From an uncultured Verrucomicrobiae bacterium (GTDB taxonomy: Bacteria > Verrucomicrobiota > Verrucomicrobiia > Chthoniobacterales > JAFAMB01), in contig CAWIPH010000002.1 of assembly GCA_963837955.1 (NCBI GenBank), forward strand, positions 640,001-704,000: 64,000 bases of DNA. Direction: 5' to 3'. Under the pieces are notes generated by a model. That model worked only from the letters and a program-made list of their open reading frames with translations. It searched no databases and was not told where the DNA came from. Shown in pieces: positions 30,730 through 41,196 of this stretch; the first letter of the stretch is position 1; the number at the start of each line of letters is the position of its first letter. The position numbers and the translations under genes were made by a program.

Positions 30730-31352
30730 AGACGGAAATTCGAATTTTGGTTACCGACGATCATCCGGTTGTGCGGCAAGGGTTGGTCACGATCCTGACC
30801 CGGCAAAAGGATATAAAGGTGGTCGGTCAAGCTGCTGACGGAGAGGAGGCCTGCGAGCTCTACGATAAACTTTTGCCGGATCTGCTCCTTCTGGATCTCC
30901 GGATGCCCAAAAAGGACGGCCTGGACGTTATCAGAGATTTGATGACGCGAAGTCCGAAACCGCGAATCATCGTGATGACGACGTACGAAGCCACAGAAGA
31001 CGTTCGGCTCGCGTTGACTGCTGGTGCCAAGGGTTATCTCTTGAAGGAAGCTGAGCCGTCTCAGCTCTGGGACACGGTGCGGAGGGTCTTCGCTGGTGAG
31101 TCGGTTCTACCTCCTGGCGTGGCCGGCAAACTCGTTACCTCCCTGGCGCAGCCGGAGCTAACGGAGCGAGAAATGCAGGTTTTGCGACGGCTGTGTGCAG
31201 GGGACAGCAATAAAGAAATTGCCCAAAAAATTTGCCTCAGTGAGAGCACTGTAAAATTCTACGTTAAGAGTCTCTATAAAAAGCTAGGTGCCACCGGTCG
31301 AACGGCGGCTGTCGCGATAGCGACGAAGCGCGGATTGGTACGGATCGTTTAA
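30726..31352 (+). CDS. NarL/FixJ family response regulator
   Basis: DDHPVVRQG, LLDLRMP, LTERE...SNKEIA LuxR HTH; ATGA overlap with the kinase stop. Confidence 0.93.
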   Translation: MKTEIRILVTDDHPVVRQGLVTILTRQKDIKVVGQAADGEEACELYDKLLPDLLLLDLRMPKKDGLDVIRDLMTRSPKPRIIVMTTYEATEDVRLALTAGAKGYLLKEAEPSQLWDTVRRVFAGESVLPPGVAGKLVTSLAQPELTEREMQVLRRLCAGDSNKEIAQKICLSESTVKFYVKSLYKKLGATGRTAAVAIATKRGLVRIV

Positions 31353-31475
31353 CATCACAAAGCGGTTCGAAGACCGATCAAGCAGCTATTGTTTGTTAAC
31401 GAAAGGATCACCCCGACCCTATTTGAGGGTGATGGAAAACGAAGCGTCATCGAAAACGACGCAGGCAGAAGGAAG

Positions 31476-32195
31476 TCAAGCGACTGATCGGGCGAGCGGA
31501 TCGGACCCGACGGAACTCTCCGCTAACGTTGTCGGCGCGCAGAGCACCCTTCTTGGGTTTGGTGCCGATTCGGCTGGATTAAGACCTCCGGTTGCTTCTA
31601 GCCAGTCCGCGATATGGCTGACCTGATCCTCGAGCGACCGCTCGGTGACATCGAGTAACAGTTTCGGAAGGACCGAGCTCTCGACCAGTTCCTGCATGAT
31701 CTCCTGCTCGCGGATAAAAATCGCCAGATTATCGTACTGCGACGGATTACTGGAAATCTTCAGGCGCCGTCTTCTCGCTTCGGCGAAAGAATCCGGGTGG
31801 CGCCAGCAGAATATTAGGCGAAAGCCGAGAGCCGCCAAGCGCGACTCTAACCATCCGAACTTATATCTTTTTCCGCGGTAAGCTGCCTGCCACATCTGAG
31901 TTGAAATGTGGAAGCGGTCGATGATCCAAGAGTAATATCGGTAAAGCTCGAACAGACTTAGCCAGATCCGATAGGCTTCCATCGCCCGCCCTTCGTAGGG
32001 TCCTTCGAAATCGATGAGACTGGAACCGTAAGGATTCTTAACGAAGCCATTCCACTCCGCCGATACAATGGGTGAGTGGTAGCGATATTTCCTGGCACCC
32101 ACGATGCGGGGGTTCTCATTCAAGGCCAAGACCAGATCCGTTTTGCCAGTAAGGCGGGTGCCTTCGAGAATCAGTTTTGGACAAAGTTTTATCAT
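31476..32195 (-). CDS. Hypothetical P-loop protein (nucleoside monophosphate kinase-like)
   Basis: N-terminal LILEGTRLTGKT Walker A-like motif and 'IIDRFH' resembling the thymidylate kinase DR motif. Confidence 0.6.
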   Translation of the reverse strand: MIKLCPKLILEGTRLTGKTDLVLALNENPRIVGARKYRYHSPIVSAEWNGFVKNPYGSSLIDFEGPYEGRAMEAYRIWLSLFELYRYYSWIIDRFHISTQMWQAAYRGKRYKFGWLESRLAALGFRLIFCWRHPDSFAEARRRRLKISSNPSQYDNLAIFIREQEIMQELVESSVLPKLLLDVTERSLEDQVSHIADWLEATGGLNPAESAPNPRRVLCAPTTLAESSVGSDPLARSVA

Positions 32196-32229
32196 TTGGT
32201 TTCTCTTGTGCCTTTTAAAAAAACCAGTT

Positions 32230-32661
32230 CTACCGATGTAGATCTTGTTTTCGCCGCCGTTCGTATTTTGGAACGCTTAATGATGGAAATGGGTGATTAT
32301 CATAGTTCCCGCGCAGAACATCGGCGTCGAAGGTCATTTCGGCGCTTTCAGTATCCAGGGCAAAAAGGATGTCTTCAGTTCGGTGCTCCATCAGCTCCAC
32401 GTCCTGCGAGTGCGCTTCGTATTCTTTAGTAAACTCAACTTGGAATTTGCCTCTCCAGACCTTCCCGGCCCGCTCTGCAATTTCTAACATCCAGAGATCT
32501 GCAATACCACTTGAGTGAGTACCGTTGGCGGGCAGATCTGGTAACGGTTTCTGGCTCGCGTTCTCGATTATGGCGGCGGTGAGCCAATCCTCAAAGTCAG
32601 TGTCTTCCAGGTGTTCCAAGACTTCAGGAATGATTATTGATCGCGGAAAAATTAAGAACAT
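32230..32661 (-). CDS. Acidic hypothetical protein
   Basis: Strong GGAGGAG RBS before ATG 32661; 34 bp upstream of the P-loop gene on the same strand. Confidence 0.55.
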   Translation of the reverse strand: MFLIFPRSIIIPEVLEHLEDTDFEDWLTAAIIENASQKPLPDLPANGTHSSGIADLWMLEIAERAGKVWRGKFQVEFTKEYEAHSQDVELMEHRTEDILFALDTESAEMTFDADVLRGNYDNHPFPSLSVPKYERRRKQDLHR

Positions 32662-33289
32662 TGCTCCTCCTTCGCAAAAGTTTTTGAACGTTAGATGATT
32701 TACGGTCGGTCTAACCCGGGTTAGTAAATCTTTTGCATAACTCAATTAGCCAGGATTAGTTTCGCCGATCTTAGTGACATCCATTATCATTGCATGCGTT
32801 GAATCGCTATGGATCAAAAGAGCGTTTCTTAACTGCTCGAACGAGGGAGTATGAAGACGATCAAACCAGCCGGGTTCGTTGCCCGTTTTTGGTCAGCCGG
32901 AGAGATCGCTCCATTTGATTTGCTTGGTTAGTTGGTTAGTTTTGCGGTCCCTGGGGGTACTGGTTGTGGCTCCTGGGTTGCGCAAGAATTTGGCATTCGC
33001 AGGCCGAGCTATTAAGAGATGCATTCCAAGCAGGTGCGCCGCGGGGTTTCCGCCTTCGCCAGGGCTACGGCGCGACAAGTGGGCGGGGTTTCGCCCTACC
33101 GCTTTCCGAGCTTGATTCTTCCTCTTACCCTTCGAGCGGTGGAGCATTGTCCCTTTGGGTAGCAATAAAGGACTCCTTCTACCTATAGCAGTCCAACGCG
33201 ACAAATACTAAGATCGTTGGCCAGCCGATTGATCTAACAAAATCGGTTTTCACTCGATTCCTTAGATTAGCTAGGAACAGAGAAAGAGG

Positions 33290-34507
33290 ATGAGCGCAGG
33301 TGACTTGAACATAAGTGAGATTCCGATACCAAGAGCTGCTTCGCCAAAAAACGCGAAGCGAAGAATAATCATTTTCTTTATCGCCGGAGCCATTGTCTGT
33401 ATGGCGATAGCCATATTTTCTCGTCAGGTCAAGCCCGCCGCGGCTCAAGCGCGTCAATCGCATTCGACATCGGCGGCAGAAATGACAGTCACTGTCGTTC
33501 ATCCGGAGAAGGTGCCCTCGACGGTCATCCTGCATTTGCCCGCGCAGCTGCAAGCCTACACCGACGCACCAATTTTCGCCCAGACGAGTGGCTACCTGAA
33601 AGCGTGGCACTTTGATATTGGGGCTAAGGTAAAGGCCAATGACATCCTGGCTGAGATTGACACACCAGAGGTTGATCAAGAGTTGGCCCAGGCCAAGGCC
33701 CAACTCCAGGTCGCCCAGTCAGCTCTCCAGCTGTCTCAAGTCACCTATCAACGTAACCAGGACCTTTTTAATCGGAGGGTTGTTGCTGCACAGGAACTTG
33801 ATACGGCGGCTGACACCTATTACGAAAACCAGGCAACGACAGCAGCAGACGAAGCTAATATTGACCGGCTCAATGCCTTGGAAGCGTTTAAGCTGGTGCG
33901 TGCGCCATTCGATGGCATCGTCACGGCCAGAGATATCGATATCGGGGCGTACGTTGCCGCGGGCTCGGGCACTCAGCTCTTTCGCGTAGCGCGGACTTCT
34001 CCATTGCGCATTTATGTTAACGTGCCTCAAGAGTCAGCGCAGCTAGTACAAATCGGCGTCGAGGGAGATCTCACTGTGCCTGAATTCCCTGGCCGAACAT
34101 TCCCGGCCCACGTCACTAACGCGGCCGGGGCAGTCGATCCAATCGCCCGTTCCTTGCAAACCGAGCTACAAATTCCGAACGAAACCGGTGAACTGCTTCC
34201 GGGCGCCTACGCTGACGTCAGCCTGAAACTCAACGGTGACAGAGGTTTGGTCACGATCCCGTCCAATGCGTGGCTTTTCCAAAGGGAAGGCGCGACCGTT
34301 GGGGTAGTTCACCCCGACGGGAAGGTAGAGATCCGGAAAATCACAATCCATCTTAATCTGGGTGATAAGCTAGAAATTTCCCAGGGGTTGTCTGATTTGG
34401 ACCAGGTGATAGTGAATCCCTCAGACGGGTTAGCCAATGGCATGACCGTCAGTGTGATCGGACCAAATCAGCCGCCAGATACGCCAAATTCCGTAACTAG
34501 GCGGTGA
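33290..34507 (+). CDS. RND periplasmic adaptor (MFP), tandem copy A
   Basis: AQTSGYLKAWHFDIG, VRAPFDGIVTAR. Confidence 0.92.
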   Translation: MSAGDLNISEIPIPRAASPKNAKRRIIIFFIAGAIVCMAIAIFSRQVKPAAAQARQSHSTSAAEMTVTVVHPEKVPSTVILHLPAQLQAYTDAPIFAQTSGYLKAWHFDIGAKVKANDILAEIDTPEVDQELAQAKAQLQVAQSALQLSQVTYQRNQDLFNRRVVAAQELDTAADTYYENQATTAADEANIDRLNALEAFKLVRAPFDGIVTARDIDIGAYVAAGSGTQLFRVARTSPLRIYVNVPQESAQLVQIGVEGDLTVPEFPGRTFPAHVTNAAGAVDPIARSLQTELQIPNETGELLPGAYADVSLKLNGDRGLVTIPSNAWLFQREGATVGVVHPDGKVEIRKITIHLNLGDKLEISQGLSDLDQVIVNPSDGLANGMTVSVIGPNQPPDTPNSVTRR

Positions 34508-34534
34508 ATCGCTAAAAAGTGGAGATTAACTTAG

Positions 34535-35743
34535 ATGACGGAATCGGTAAATCAGAACGCTTCGAAAACAACCGAAGTTTCTTCTGGCCCTTCGCTCAAG
34601 CCTAAACCAAAGAACCGGCGAAAACTCCGGTTCTTCTTTTTCGCCGCAGGAGCGCTATTTATCGGCGTCGCTGCGGCCGGCGTTTATACGCGCAACACAT
34701 GGACAGCGCAGCTTCAGCACCACACGAACCAAGCTGCCCAGATGGTCGTGCAGGTCACCCATCCAGAAATGGCCGTCGGGATGATACACCTTCAGCTACC
34801 CGGCCAGGCGATGCCTTATACCGACGCGCCGATCTTTGCTCAGACCAGCGGCTACCTGAAGAAGTGGTATTTTGACATTGGCGCTAAGGTCAAGGCCGGT
34901 GCGGTTTTGGCCGAGATCGATACGCCCGAGGTGGATCAACAACTGGCGCAAGCCCAAGCTCAGCTCAAAGTAGCACAGGCCGCTCGCAATCTAGCAGAAG
35001 TAACCTACACGCGAGACCAAACTCTCTTTAAAACCAACGTTATTGCTGCACAGGACTTCGATATCGCGGCCGACAACTATGCGGGAAGTCAGTCCACGGT
35101 AATTGTCGATCAAGCCATCGTTAACCGTTTGGAAGCTTTGGAAGCATTTAAAATCGTTCGGGCTCCATTCGACGGCATTGTAACGGCGCGGAATACCGAT
35201 ATTGGAGCATTCGTGCCGTTGGGCTCAGGAACTCAACTTTTCCGGATGGCCGAAAGTTCAACTCTGCGGGTTTACGTTGTCGTACCACAGGCCTTCTCAT
35301 CGTTTGTGAAAGTCGGCGGCCAAGCAGAGCTTGCGGTCAACGAGTACCCAGGGCGAACGTTTCCGGGGCACGTAGTGGGCACGGCCGGGGCCATCAACTC
35401 GACCACCAAAAGACTCTTGACGGAATTGGACGTCCCTAATCCAACGGGGGAGCTTCTTCCGGGCTCATATGCTCAAGTGAGTTTGCAGCTCCAAACCGAC
35501 AACGGCGGCGTTATGATCCCGCCGCGAACGTTGCTCTTCCAATCCGGAGAGCCCGCGGTCGGCGTGGTTCATCCGGATGGTAAAGTCGAAATTCGGAAAG
35601 TTAGTATCAATCGAGATCTAGGAAACAGGCTGGAGATTTCCAAAGGCTTATCACCATCGGACCAGATCATCGTTAATCCTTCGTCTGGTCTGGTAACCGG
35701 GACGGTTGTCACGATAGTTAACCCCGAGTCAGAATCGATGTAG
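34535..35743 (+). CDS. RND periplasmic adaptor (MFP), tandem copy B
   Basis: AQTSGYLKKWYFDIG, VRAPFDGIVTAR; close paralog of the upstream gene. Confidence 0.92.
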   Translation: MTESVNQNASKTTEVSSGPSLKPKPKNRRKLRFFFFAAGALFIGVAAAGVYTRNTWTAQLQHHTNQAAQMVVQVTHPEMAVGMIHLQLPGQAMPYTDAPIFAQTSGYLKKWYFDIGAKVKAGAVLAEIDTPEVDQQLAQAQAQLKVAQAARNLAEVTYTRDQTLFKTNVIAAQDFDIAADNYAGSQSTVIVDQAIVNRLEALEAFKIVRAPFDGIVTARNTDIGAFVPLGSGTQLFRMAESSTLRVYVVVPQAFSSFVKVGGQAELAVNEYPGRTFPGHVVGTAGAINSTTKRLLTELDVPNPTGELLPGSYAQVSLQLQTDNGGVMIPPRTLLFQSGEPAVGVVHPDGKVEIRKVSINRDLGNRLEISKGLSPSDQIIVNPSSGLVTGTVVTIVNPESESM

Positions 35744-35834
35744 CAAGCACTGATTCCAACACCTCATGATCACGTTATTTTCGAGGGGAAGCTGCGGTGC
35801 GCGGCCAGCCCAAGTTTAAAGGAGCAACAATCGC

Positions 35835-38800
35835 ATGTGGATCGTAAACCTGGCACTAAGACGTCCTTACACTTTCATTGTTCTGGCAATTTTTATTTTG
35901 ATTGCCGGTGTTCTTTCCGTCTTGAGCACTCCGAAGGACATTTTCCCATCAATCAATATCCCGGTTATTTCGGTAATCTGGACCTTTACCGGTATGGCGC
36001 CCGAAGAGATCGAGCAGCATATCACGTCGCCTTACGAACGCGTTCTTACGACCACCGTCGACAACATTGAACATATCGAGTCGCAATCGTTGAACGGTAT
36101 CGCGGTGGTCAAAATCTTCCTTCAACCAAACGCCAGCGTACCGGCCGGAATAGCACAGGTGACCTCAGTTTCTCAGGCTGTTCTCAAACAGCTTCCGAAT
36201 GGCATTACCCCGCCGCTGGTGCTTAGCTACAGCGCCACGAACGTGCCAGTGATCAACGTCGGACTGAGCAGCAAGACTTTATCCGAGCAACAGCTCAACG
36301 ACTACGGACTGAACTTTGTTCGAACCCAGCTCATCACGGTTCCCGGTGCAGCCGTTCCTTACCCATACGGAGGAAAGCAAAGGTACGTGGAAGTGGACCT
36401 CAACTATAAGGCTTTACAAGGCTACGGCCTGACGCCTTCCGACGTCGTAAACACGATCAATGCGCAGAACCTTGTCTTGCCTTCCGGCACTCAGAAAATC
36501 GGTCGCTTCGAATACCAAATCGGAGTAAACGCGAGCCCACCCACATTTGAGCAGTTAAACGCTATTCCCATTAAATCTCTTTCGAATGGCACCACCATTT
36601 ACATGCGAGATGTGGCGCGGATCCTCAACGGGAACATTCCGCAAACCAACATCGTCCGTTTCAACGGAACGCGATCCACCATGTTGGTGGTGCAAAAAAC
36701 CGGTAGCGCGTCGACCTTGGATATTGTGCAGGGAATTAAAGATAAAATCCCGCAACTAAAACAGACGTTACCGCCCGCGCTGGATATTTCAATGCTGTCG
36801 GATCAATCGATTTTTGTTACCGGCGCGATTGAAGGTGTGGTGCGAGAAACCGTGATCGCGGCGTGTCTCACCGCAATCATGATTCTCCTTTTTTTGGGTG
36901 ATTGGAAAAGCACTCTCATCATTGCCATCTCGATACCTCTGGCAATTCTCTCTTCGATTGCGGTTTTGAGTGCGCTCGGCCAGACGCTTAACATCATGAC
37001 CCTGGGCGGGCTCGCCTTAGCGGTTGGGATCCTGGTCGATGACGCGACGGTCACGATCGAAAACATCGACCGGCATCTAGCAGAAGGTAAACCGACGTTG
37101 GATGCAATTCGGGACGGGGCCGCTCAGATTGCCGTCCCAGCATTGGTCTCGACGATGTGCATCTGTATCGTTTTCATTCCAATTTTTTTCCTCTCGGGAG
37201 TCGCCAAATACCTGTTCTCGCCGCTGGCTGAAGCAGTGATTTTTGCGATGATCGCTTCTTACATCCTGTCGCGAACTCTCGTTCCGACCCTGGCCATGTA
37301 TTGGATCAGCAAGCACGGTGGAGAATCACACCAAGCCAAAGGGAGGAGGACGTTTGCGCTCTTTACCTGGTTCTCCCGTTTTCACCGATGGTTCAATAAT
37401 CGATTCGAAAAATTCAGAGAAGGCTATCGCGACCTGCTGAGTTTTGGACTCCGAAACGCCGGGAAGCTCATTACCGTGGTACTCGGCTTTACTGTGGTCT
37501 CCATGGGTTTGTTTCCATTTCTCGGACAAAATTTCTTTCCCGCGGTGGATTCCGGACAATTCGATATGCACGTCCGGGTAAAGTCCGGCACCCGGATCGA
37601 AGAAACCTCGCGCTCGATCGATCAAATCGAACAGATGATCCGTCAGGTTATCCCAGCCAACCAGTTACACGGCATTGTCGATAATCTGGGAATTCCCTAC
37701 AGCGGCATTAATATCTCCTACAACACCACCGGAACGATGAGTCCGGCCGACGGCGACATTCTGGTTTCGCTTAACGAAAACCACGATCCAACGGATAAAT
37801 TCGTCCAGGTAATCCGAAGTCGCATGCACCATGATTTTCCCGACGTCGGTGTCTGGTTCCCACCGGCCGATATCGTTGCGCAAGTTCTTAACTTCGGGTT
37901 GTCGGCGCCGATCGACGTTCAAATTACCGGCGTGGACACAGCAGCTAACTTCGCGTTTGCTAGTAAGCTCATGGATCAGATTCGCCACATTCCAGGTGCG
38001 GTGGATTTCCGGATCCAGGAACCGAATGATGCGCCTCAGCTGAACGTCACGATCGATCGCACTATGTCATCGGTCCTTGGCGTTACCGCGCAAGCGGTGT
38101 CAAGCAGCGTCCTGGGTGCCCTGGCCGGATCGAACCAGACTTCGCCAAATTTTTGGGTCGACCCGTCCAATCGTGTCAGCTATCAAGTCAACGCCCAAGT
38201 ACCGCAGTATGAAATGGATACGTTAGATTCTTTACGGAACCTACCAATCCTGGGCGGCAGCAACACTGGACAAGCCCAAATTCTCGCGAACGCCGCTACG
38301 ATTTCACGCGGCACGACATCTCCCGTCGTTGACCACTACAACCTCAGGCCGGTAATCAATATCTATGGAAACGTCGATGGCAAAGACTTGGGATACGTTG
38401 CTGATCACATACAGAAGTTAGTAGACGCATCTAAAAAGAATCTTCCCAGAGGCAGCTTCATCGATGTCCGACGGCAGGTCAGCACCATGCACGACTCTTT
38501 TATGGGGTTGTACCTCGGATTGGCATTCTCGATGGTGCTGGTCTACCTGTTGATGGTGGTGAATTTCCAATCCTGGACGGAGCCATTCATCATCGTCACC
38601 GCTCTCCCCTGCGCGCTTGCTGGGATTGTCTGGATACTCTTCGTTACCGGCACCACCTTGAGTGTGCCAGCCCTGATGGGTGCAATCATGTGTATGGGCG
38701 TAGCTACAGCAAATAGTGTCTTGGTGGTTACTTTCGCCAATGAGCTGTTCGCCCAATCCAAGGACTCGTATCGCGCGGCGCTCGAGGCTGGTTATGCCCG

Positions 38801-39056
38801 ACTTCGACCGGTCCTCATGACAGCGATGGCGATGATCATTGGAATGGTTCCGATGGCATTAGGTCTCGGAGAAGGAGGCGAGCAAAACGCTCCGCTGGGC
38901 CGGGCGGTCATTGGAGGCCTGATCTTCGCTACGGTGGCTACACTGTTCTTTGTTCCAACTGTTTTCATGATCGTCAGAAGAGGGAGACATTCTCAAACGA
39001 ATGAATCTTTCCCACAGCCGGCTTTTGGGCCCGAAGCAGAGAGTCAACCGAGCTAG
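35835..39056 (+). CDS. RND efflux transporter permease, copy 2
   Basis: Same motifs as 23022-26240 (LNIMTLGGLALAVGILVDDA, RLRPVLMT). Confidence 0.95.
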   Translation: MWIVNLALRRPYTFIVLAIFILIAGVLSVLSTPKDIFPSINIPVISVIWTFTGMAPEEIEQHITSPYERVLTTTVDNIEHIESQSLNGIAVVKIFLQPNASVPAGIAQVTSVSQAVLKQLPNGITPPLVLSYSATNVPVINVGLSSKTLSEQQLNDYGLNFVRTQLITVPGAAVPYPYGGKQRYVEVDLNYKALQGYGLTPSDVVNTINAQNLVLPSGTQKIGRFEYQIGVNASPPTFEQLNAIPIKSLSNGTTIYMRDVARILNGNIPQTNIVRFNGTRSTMLVVQKTGSASTLDIVQGIKDKIPQLKQTLPPALDISMLSDQSIFVTGAIEGVVRETVIAACLTAIMILLFLGDWKSTLIIAISIPLAILSSIAVLSALGQTLNIMTLGGLALAVGILVDDATVTIENIDRHLAEGKPTLDAIRDGAAQIAVPALVSTMCICIVFIPIFFLSGVAKYLFSPLAEAVIFAMIASYILSRTLVPTLAMYWISKHGGESHQAKGRRTFALFTWFSRFHRWFNNRFEKFREGYRDLLSFGLRNAGKLITVVLGFTVVSMGLFPFLGQNFFPAVDSGQFDMHVRVKSGTRIEETSRSIDQIEQMIRQVIPANQLHGIVDNLGIPYSGINISYNTTGTMSPADGDILVSLNENHDPTDKFVQVIRSRMHHDFPDVGVWFPPADIVAQVLNFGLSAPIDVQITGVDTAANFAFASKLMDQIRHIPGAVDFRIQEPNDAPQLNVTIDRTMSSVLGVTAQAVSSSVLGALAGSNQTSPNFWVDPSNRVSYQVNAQVPQYEMDTLDSLRNLPILGGSNTGQAQILANAATISRGTTSPVVDHYNLRPVINIYGNVDGKDLGYVADHIQKLVDASKKNLPRGSFIDVRRQVSTMHDSFMGLYLGLAFSMVLVYLLMVVNFQSWTEPFIIVTALPCALAGIVWILFVTGTTLSVPALMGAIMCMGVATANSVLVVTFANELFAQSKDSYRAALEAGYARLRPVLMTAMAMIIGMVPMALGLGEGGEQNAPLGRAVIGGLIFATVATLFFVPTVFMIVRRGRHSQTNESFPQPAFGPEAESQPS

Positions 39057-39148
39057 GATCGTTAGTCGTACTGTTCTCGGCCAGCCCGAAAGAGTGACTT
39101 CGATCTACTCCAAAGAGCAGTTCTTAACATTGTTTCAGGGAGGCTAAA

Positions 39149-39610
39149 GTGTGCAAGGATAGCGCGAGGAACTCCCCGAGTTACTTACGCATCAGGCACA
39201 GGAGGTACATAGTGAGTTGTCCGGAGTTACTTAATCGGTTACATGATTTTTGGAGAGACTTTAAAACGCTAAACAGGTGGAACTTTCCCGAATTACCCCC
39301 GCCCTATCTCCAGAAATGGTTACATCTCGATCTGGGTCGGGTTGATTCTGCTGAGTTCGTGCGCGCCACATGGATGTGGAGCCGAAAGCCCAGATCGCCT
39401 TTCGGAGAGGGTATGTCTCGCTACCTGCTCCTGGTTTTCGTTGGATTGCTGCTTCTTTTCGTACCCCATTTCGGCATCCCCCTCGCTGCCACTTGGTGTT
39501 TTGCAATGTTTGTCGCGATTGCTAACGATACGGTTCGAGTCGCGCGATGGAGACGTGAATATGAATCAAGCGTGGCTCGGATCATTCGAAGCAGCAAACA
39601 GGCAAAGTAA
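39149..39610 (+). CDS. Hypothetical membrane protein
   Basis: GGAGG RBS before GTG 39149 (alternative GTG 39212); two TM segments. Confidence 0.5.
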   Translation: MCKDSARNSPSYLRIRHRRYIVSCPELLNRLHDFWRDFKTLNRWNFPELPPPYLQKWLHLDLGRVDSAEFVRATWMWSRKPRSPFGEGMSRYLLLVFVGLLLLFVPHFGIPLAATWCFAMFVAIANDTVRVARWRREYESSVARIIRSSKQAK

Positions 39611-39788
39611 TCATTTCACCAATGCCTCGAACCGGAAGAGCCAGTATTGAGTACAAGCCTGATTATAGCCCGATTCCAGAACGCCAAAGCGCAGCGAAGG
39701 CGGCAGATCCGCCGAAGGCAGGATCCCGGGGGGCCTGGAGTAAATGGCTTTGCAACTTTCAACTAGAGGATAATAAGAAAACAAAACA

Positions 39789-40793
39789 ATGAAATATCGG
39801 ACATTAGGAAAATCGGGAATTGAGGCTTCGGTTGTAGGGTTTGGGGCCTGGGCCATTGGAGGATGGATGTGGGGTGGCACCAAGAAGAACAATCCGGAGG
39901 GTGCAATTCGAGCGGCGATTGATCACGGAATCAACCTGATTGATACCGCTCCCATGTACGGTTACGGCAAGTCAGAAGAGCTTGTCGGCGAGGCGTTGAA
40001 AGGCTTACGCGATAAGGTCGTGCTCGCAACGAAGTGCGGCATGGTCTGGTACAAAAAAGAAGGCGATAAATTCTTCGACGCCAGCGATACCGGTGAGGCG
40101 GAAGGTGAGGACGATAAGAAGTATGAAGTTTACATCAATCTTCGGCCGGCAATGATCCGGTACGAGATCGAAGAGAGTCTTCGCCGGCTCAAGACTGATC
40201 GGATCGATCTTTACCAAACCCATTGGCAAGACTCGACCACCAAGACCGAAGATGTGATGGCGGAGTTAATGAAACTGAAACAAGAGGGCAAAATTCGAGC
40301 GATCGGTTGTTCAAACGCCACGATCGACCAGATGAAACGTTACCAAGCCGTTGGGCAGCTTGACGTCGACCAAGAGCAATACTCAATGCTTCAACGTCAA
40401 CACGAAGCGGACAATCTTCCGTTCTGCCGTGAAAACAATATCGCTTTTCTTGCCTACTCGCCTATGGCTCTCGGCATTCTCAGCGGCAAGATCGGCCCCT
40501 ATCACGAGTTCGGTTCAGGGGATGTCCGACGGGACAACCCTTGGTATCAGAAAGAAAACCGGCCTAAGGTGGATGCACTTCTGGATGTCGTTAGCTCGGT
40601 TGCCAAAGACAAAGGAGTCACCATCGCTCAAACCGTCATTGCTTGGACTCTGGAACAGCCCGGCTGCTCACATGCGTTAGTCGGCGCTCGCAATCCCGAC
40701 CAGGCTATCGCGAACGCGAAAGCTGGCGAGGTTGAATTGACTGCCGAAGAGATTCGGACCATTCGAAAGGCGGTCGACGGGACCAAATTGTAA
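39789..40793 (+). CDS. Aldo/keto reductase
   Basis: GFGAWAIGG, DTAPMYG.G.SE, LATK, IDLYQTHW, AYSPMALG. Confidence 0.93.
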   Translation: MKYRTLGKSGIEASVVGFGAWAIGGWMWGGTKKNNPEGAIRAAIDHGINLIDTAPMYGYGKSEELVGEALKGLRDKVVLATKCGMVWYKKEGDKFFDASDTGEAEGEDDKKYEVYINLRPAMIRYEIEESLRRLKTDRIDLYQTHWQDSTTKTEDVMAELMKLKQEGKIRAIGCSNATIDQMKRYQAVGQLDVDQEQYSMLQRQHEADNLPFCRENNIAFLAYSPMALGILSGKIGPYHEFGSGDVRRDNPWYQKENRPKVDALLDVVSSVAKDKGVTIAQTVIAWTLEQPGCSHALVGARNPDQAIANAKAGEVELTAEEIRTIRKAVDGTKL

Positions 40794-40914
40794 ATCATTC
40801 AAGTCTCCGACGGCCGTTGCGCATTCCTGCGTGGCGGCCGGCTGCGGAGCCGTGAACAGGATGGAGTATTGAAGTGTCGGCGCTCCCGCAGGGAGCGCCT
40901 TTCCTTCTTGAACC

Positions 40915-41196
40915 CTAAGACTCACTTCCACCCCGAGGCAACGGGGGGGCAGCTTTCAGCTCATCCGGACGTTGGAAAAAGAGAGCCACACCGATCACAG
41001 CTAGTAAAAAGGACACGACACACACTGCCAGCCAGAAATATCGCCAGGCAAAAGACAACGGCAGCATTGTCGTAAACTCGGCCGCTACAAATGCCGCCAG
41101 ACCCATTGCAGTAGTGAAGCCCAACTTGCCTAAGCCGTAGCTATCTTCCGCTTTCAAGTTCCGTCCCGAATTGGCCATTTTATGCTCTTTCATCAC
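40915..41196 (-). CDS. Small hypothetical membrane protein
   Basis: GGAGG RBS upstream; two TM segments. Confidence 0.5.
   Translation of the reverse strand: MMKEHKMANSGRNLKAEDSYGLGKLGFTTAMGLAAFVAAEFTTMLPLSFAWRYFWLAVCVVSFLLAVIGVALFFQRPDELKAAPPLPRGGSES

Noticed and set aside
32879..33204. ORFs over the CCGCCTTCGCC...GCTACGGCG sequence
   Set aside because: They overlap a short intergenic repeat (inverted partial copy GCGAAGGCGG near 39693) and a promoter region; no coding evidence.
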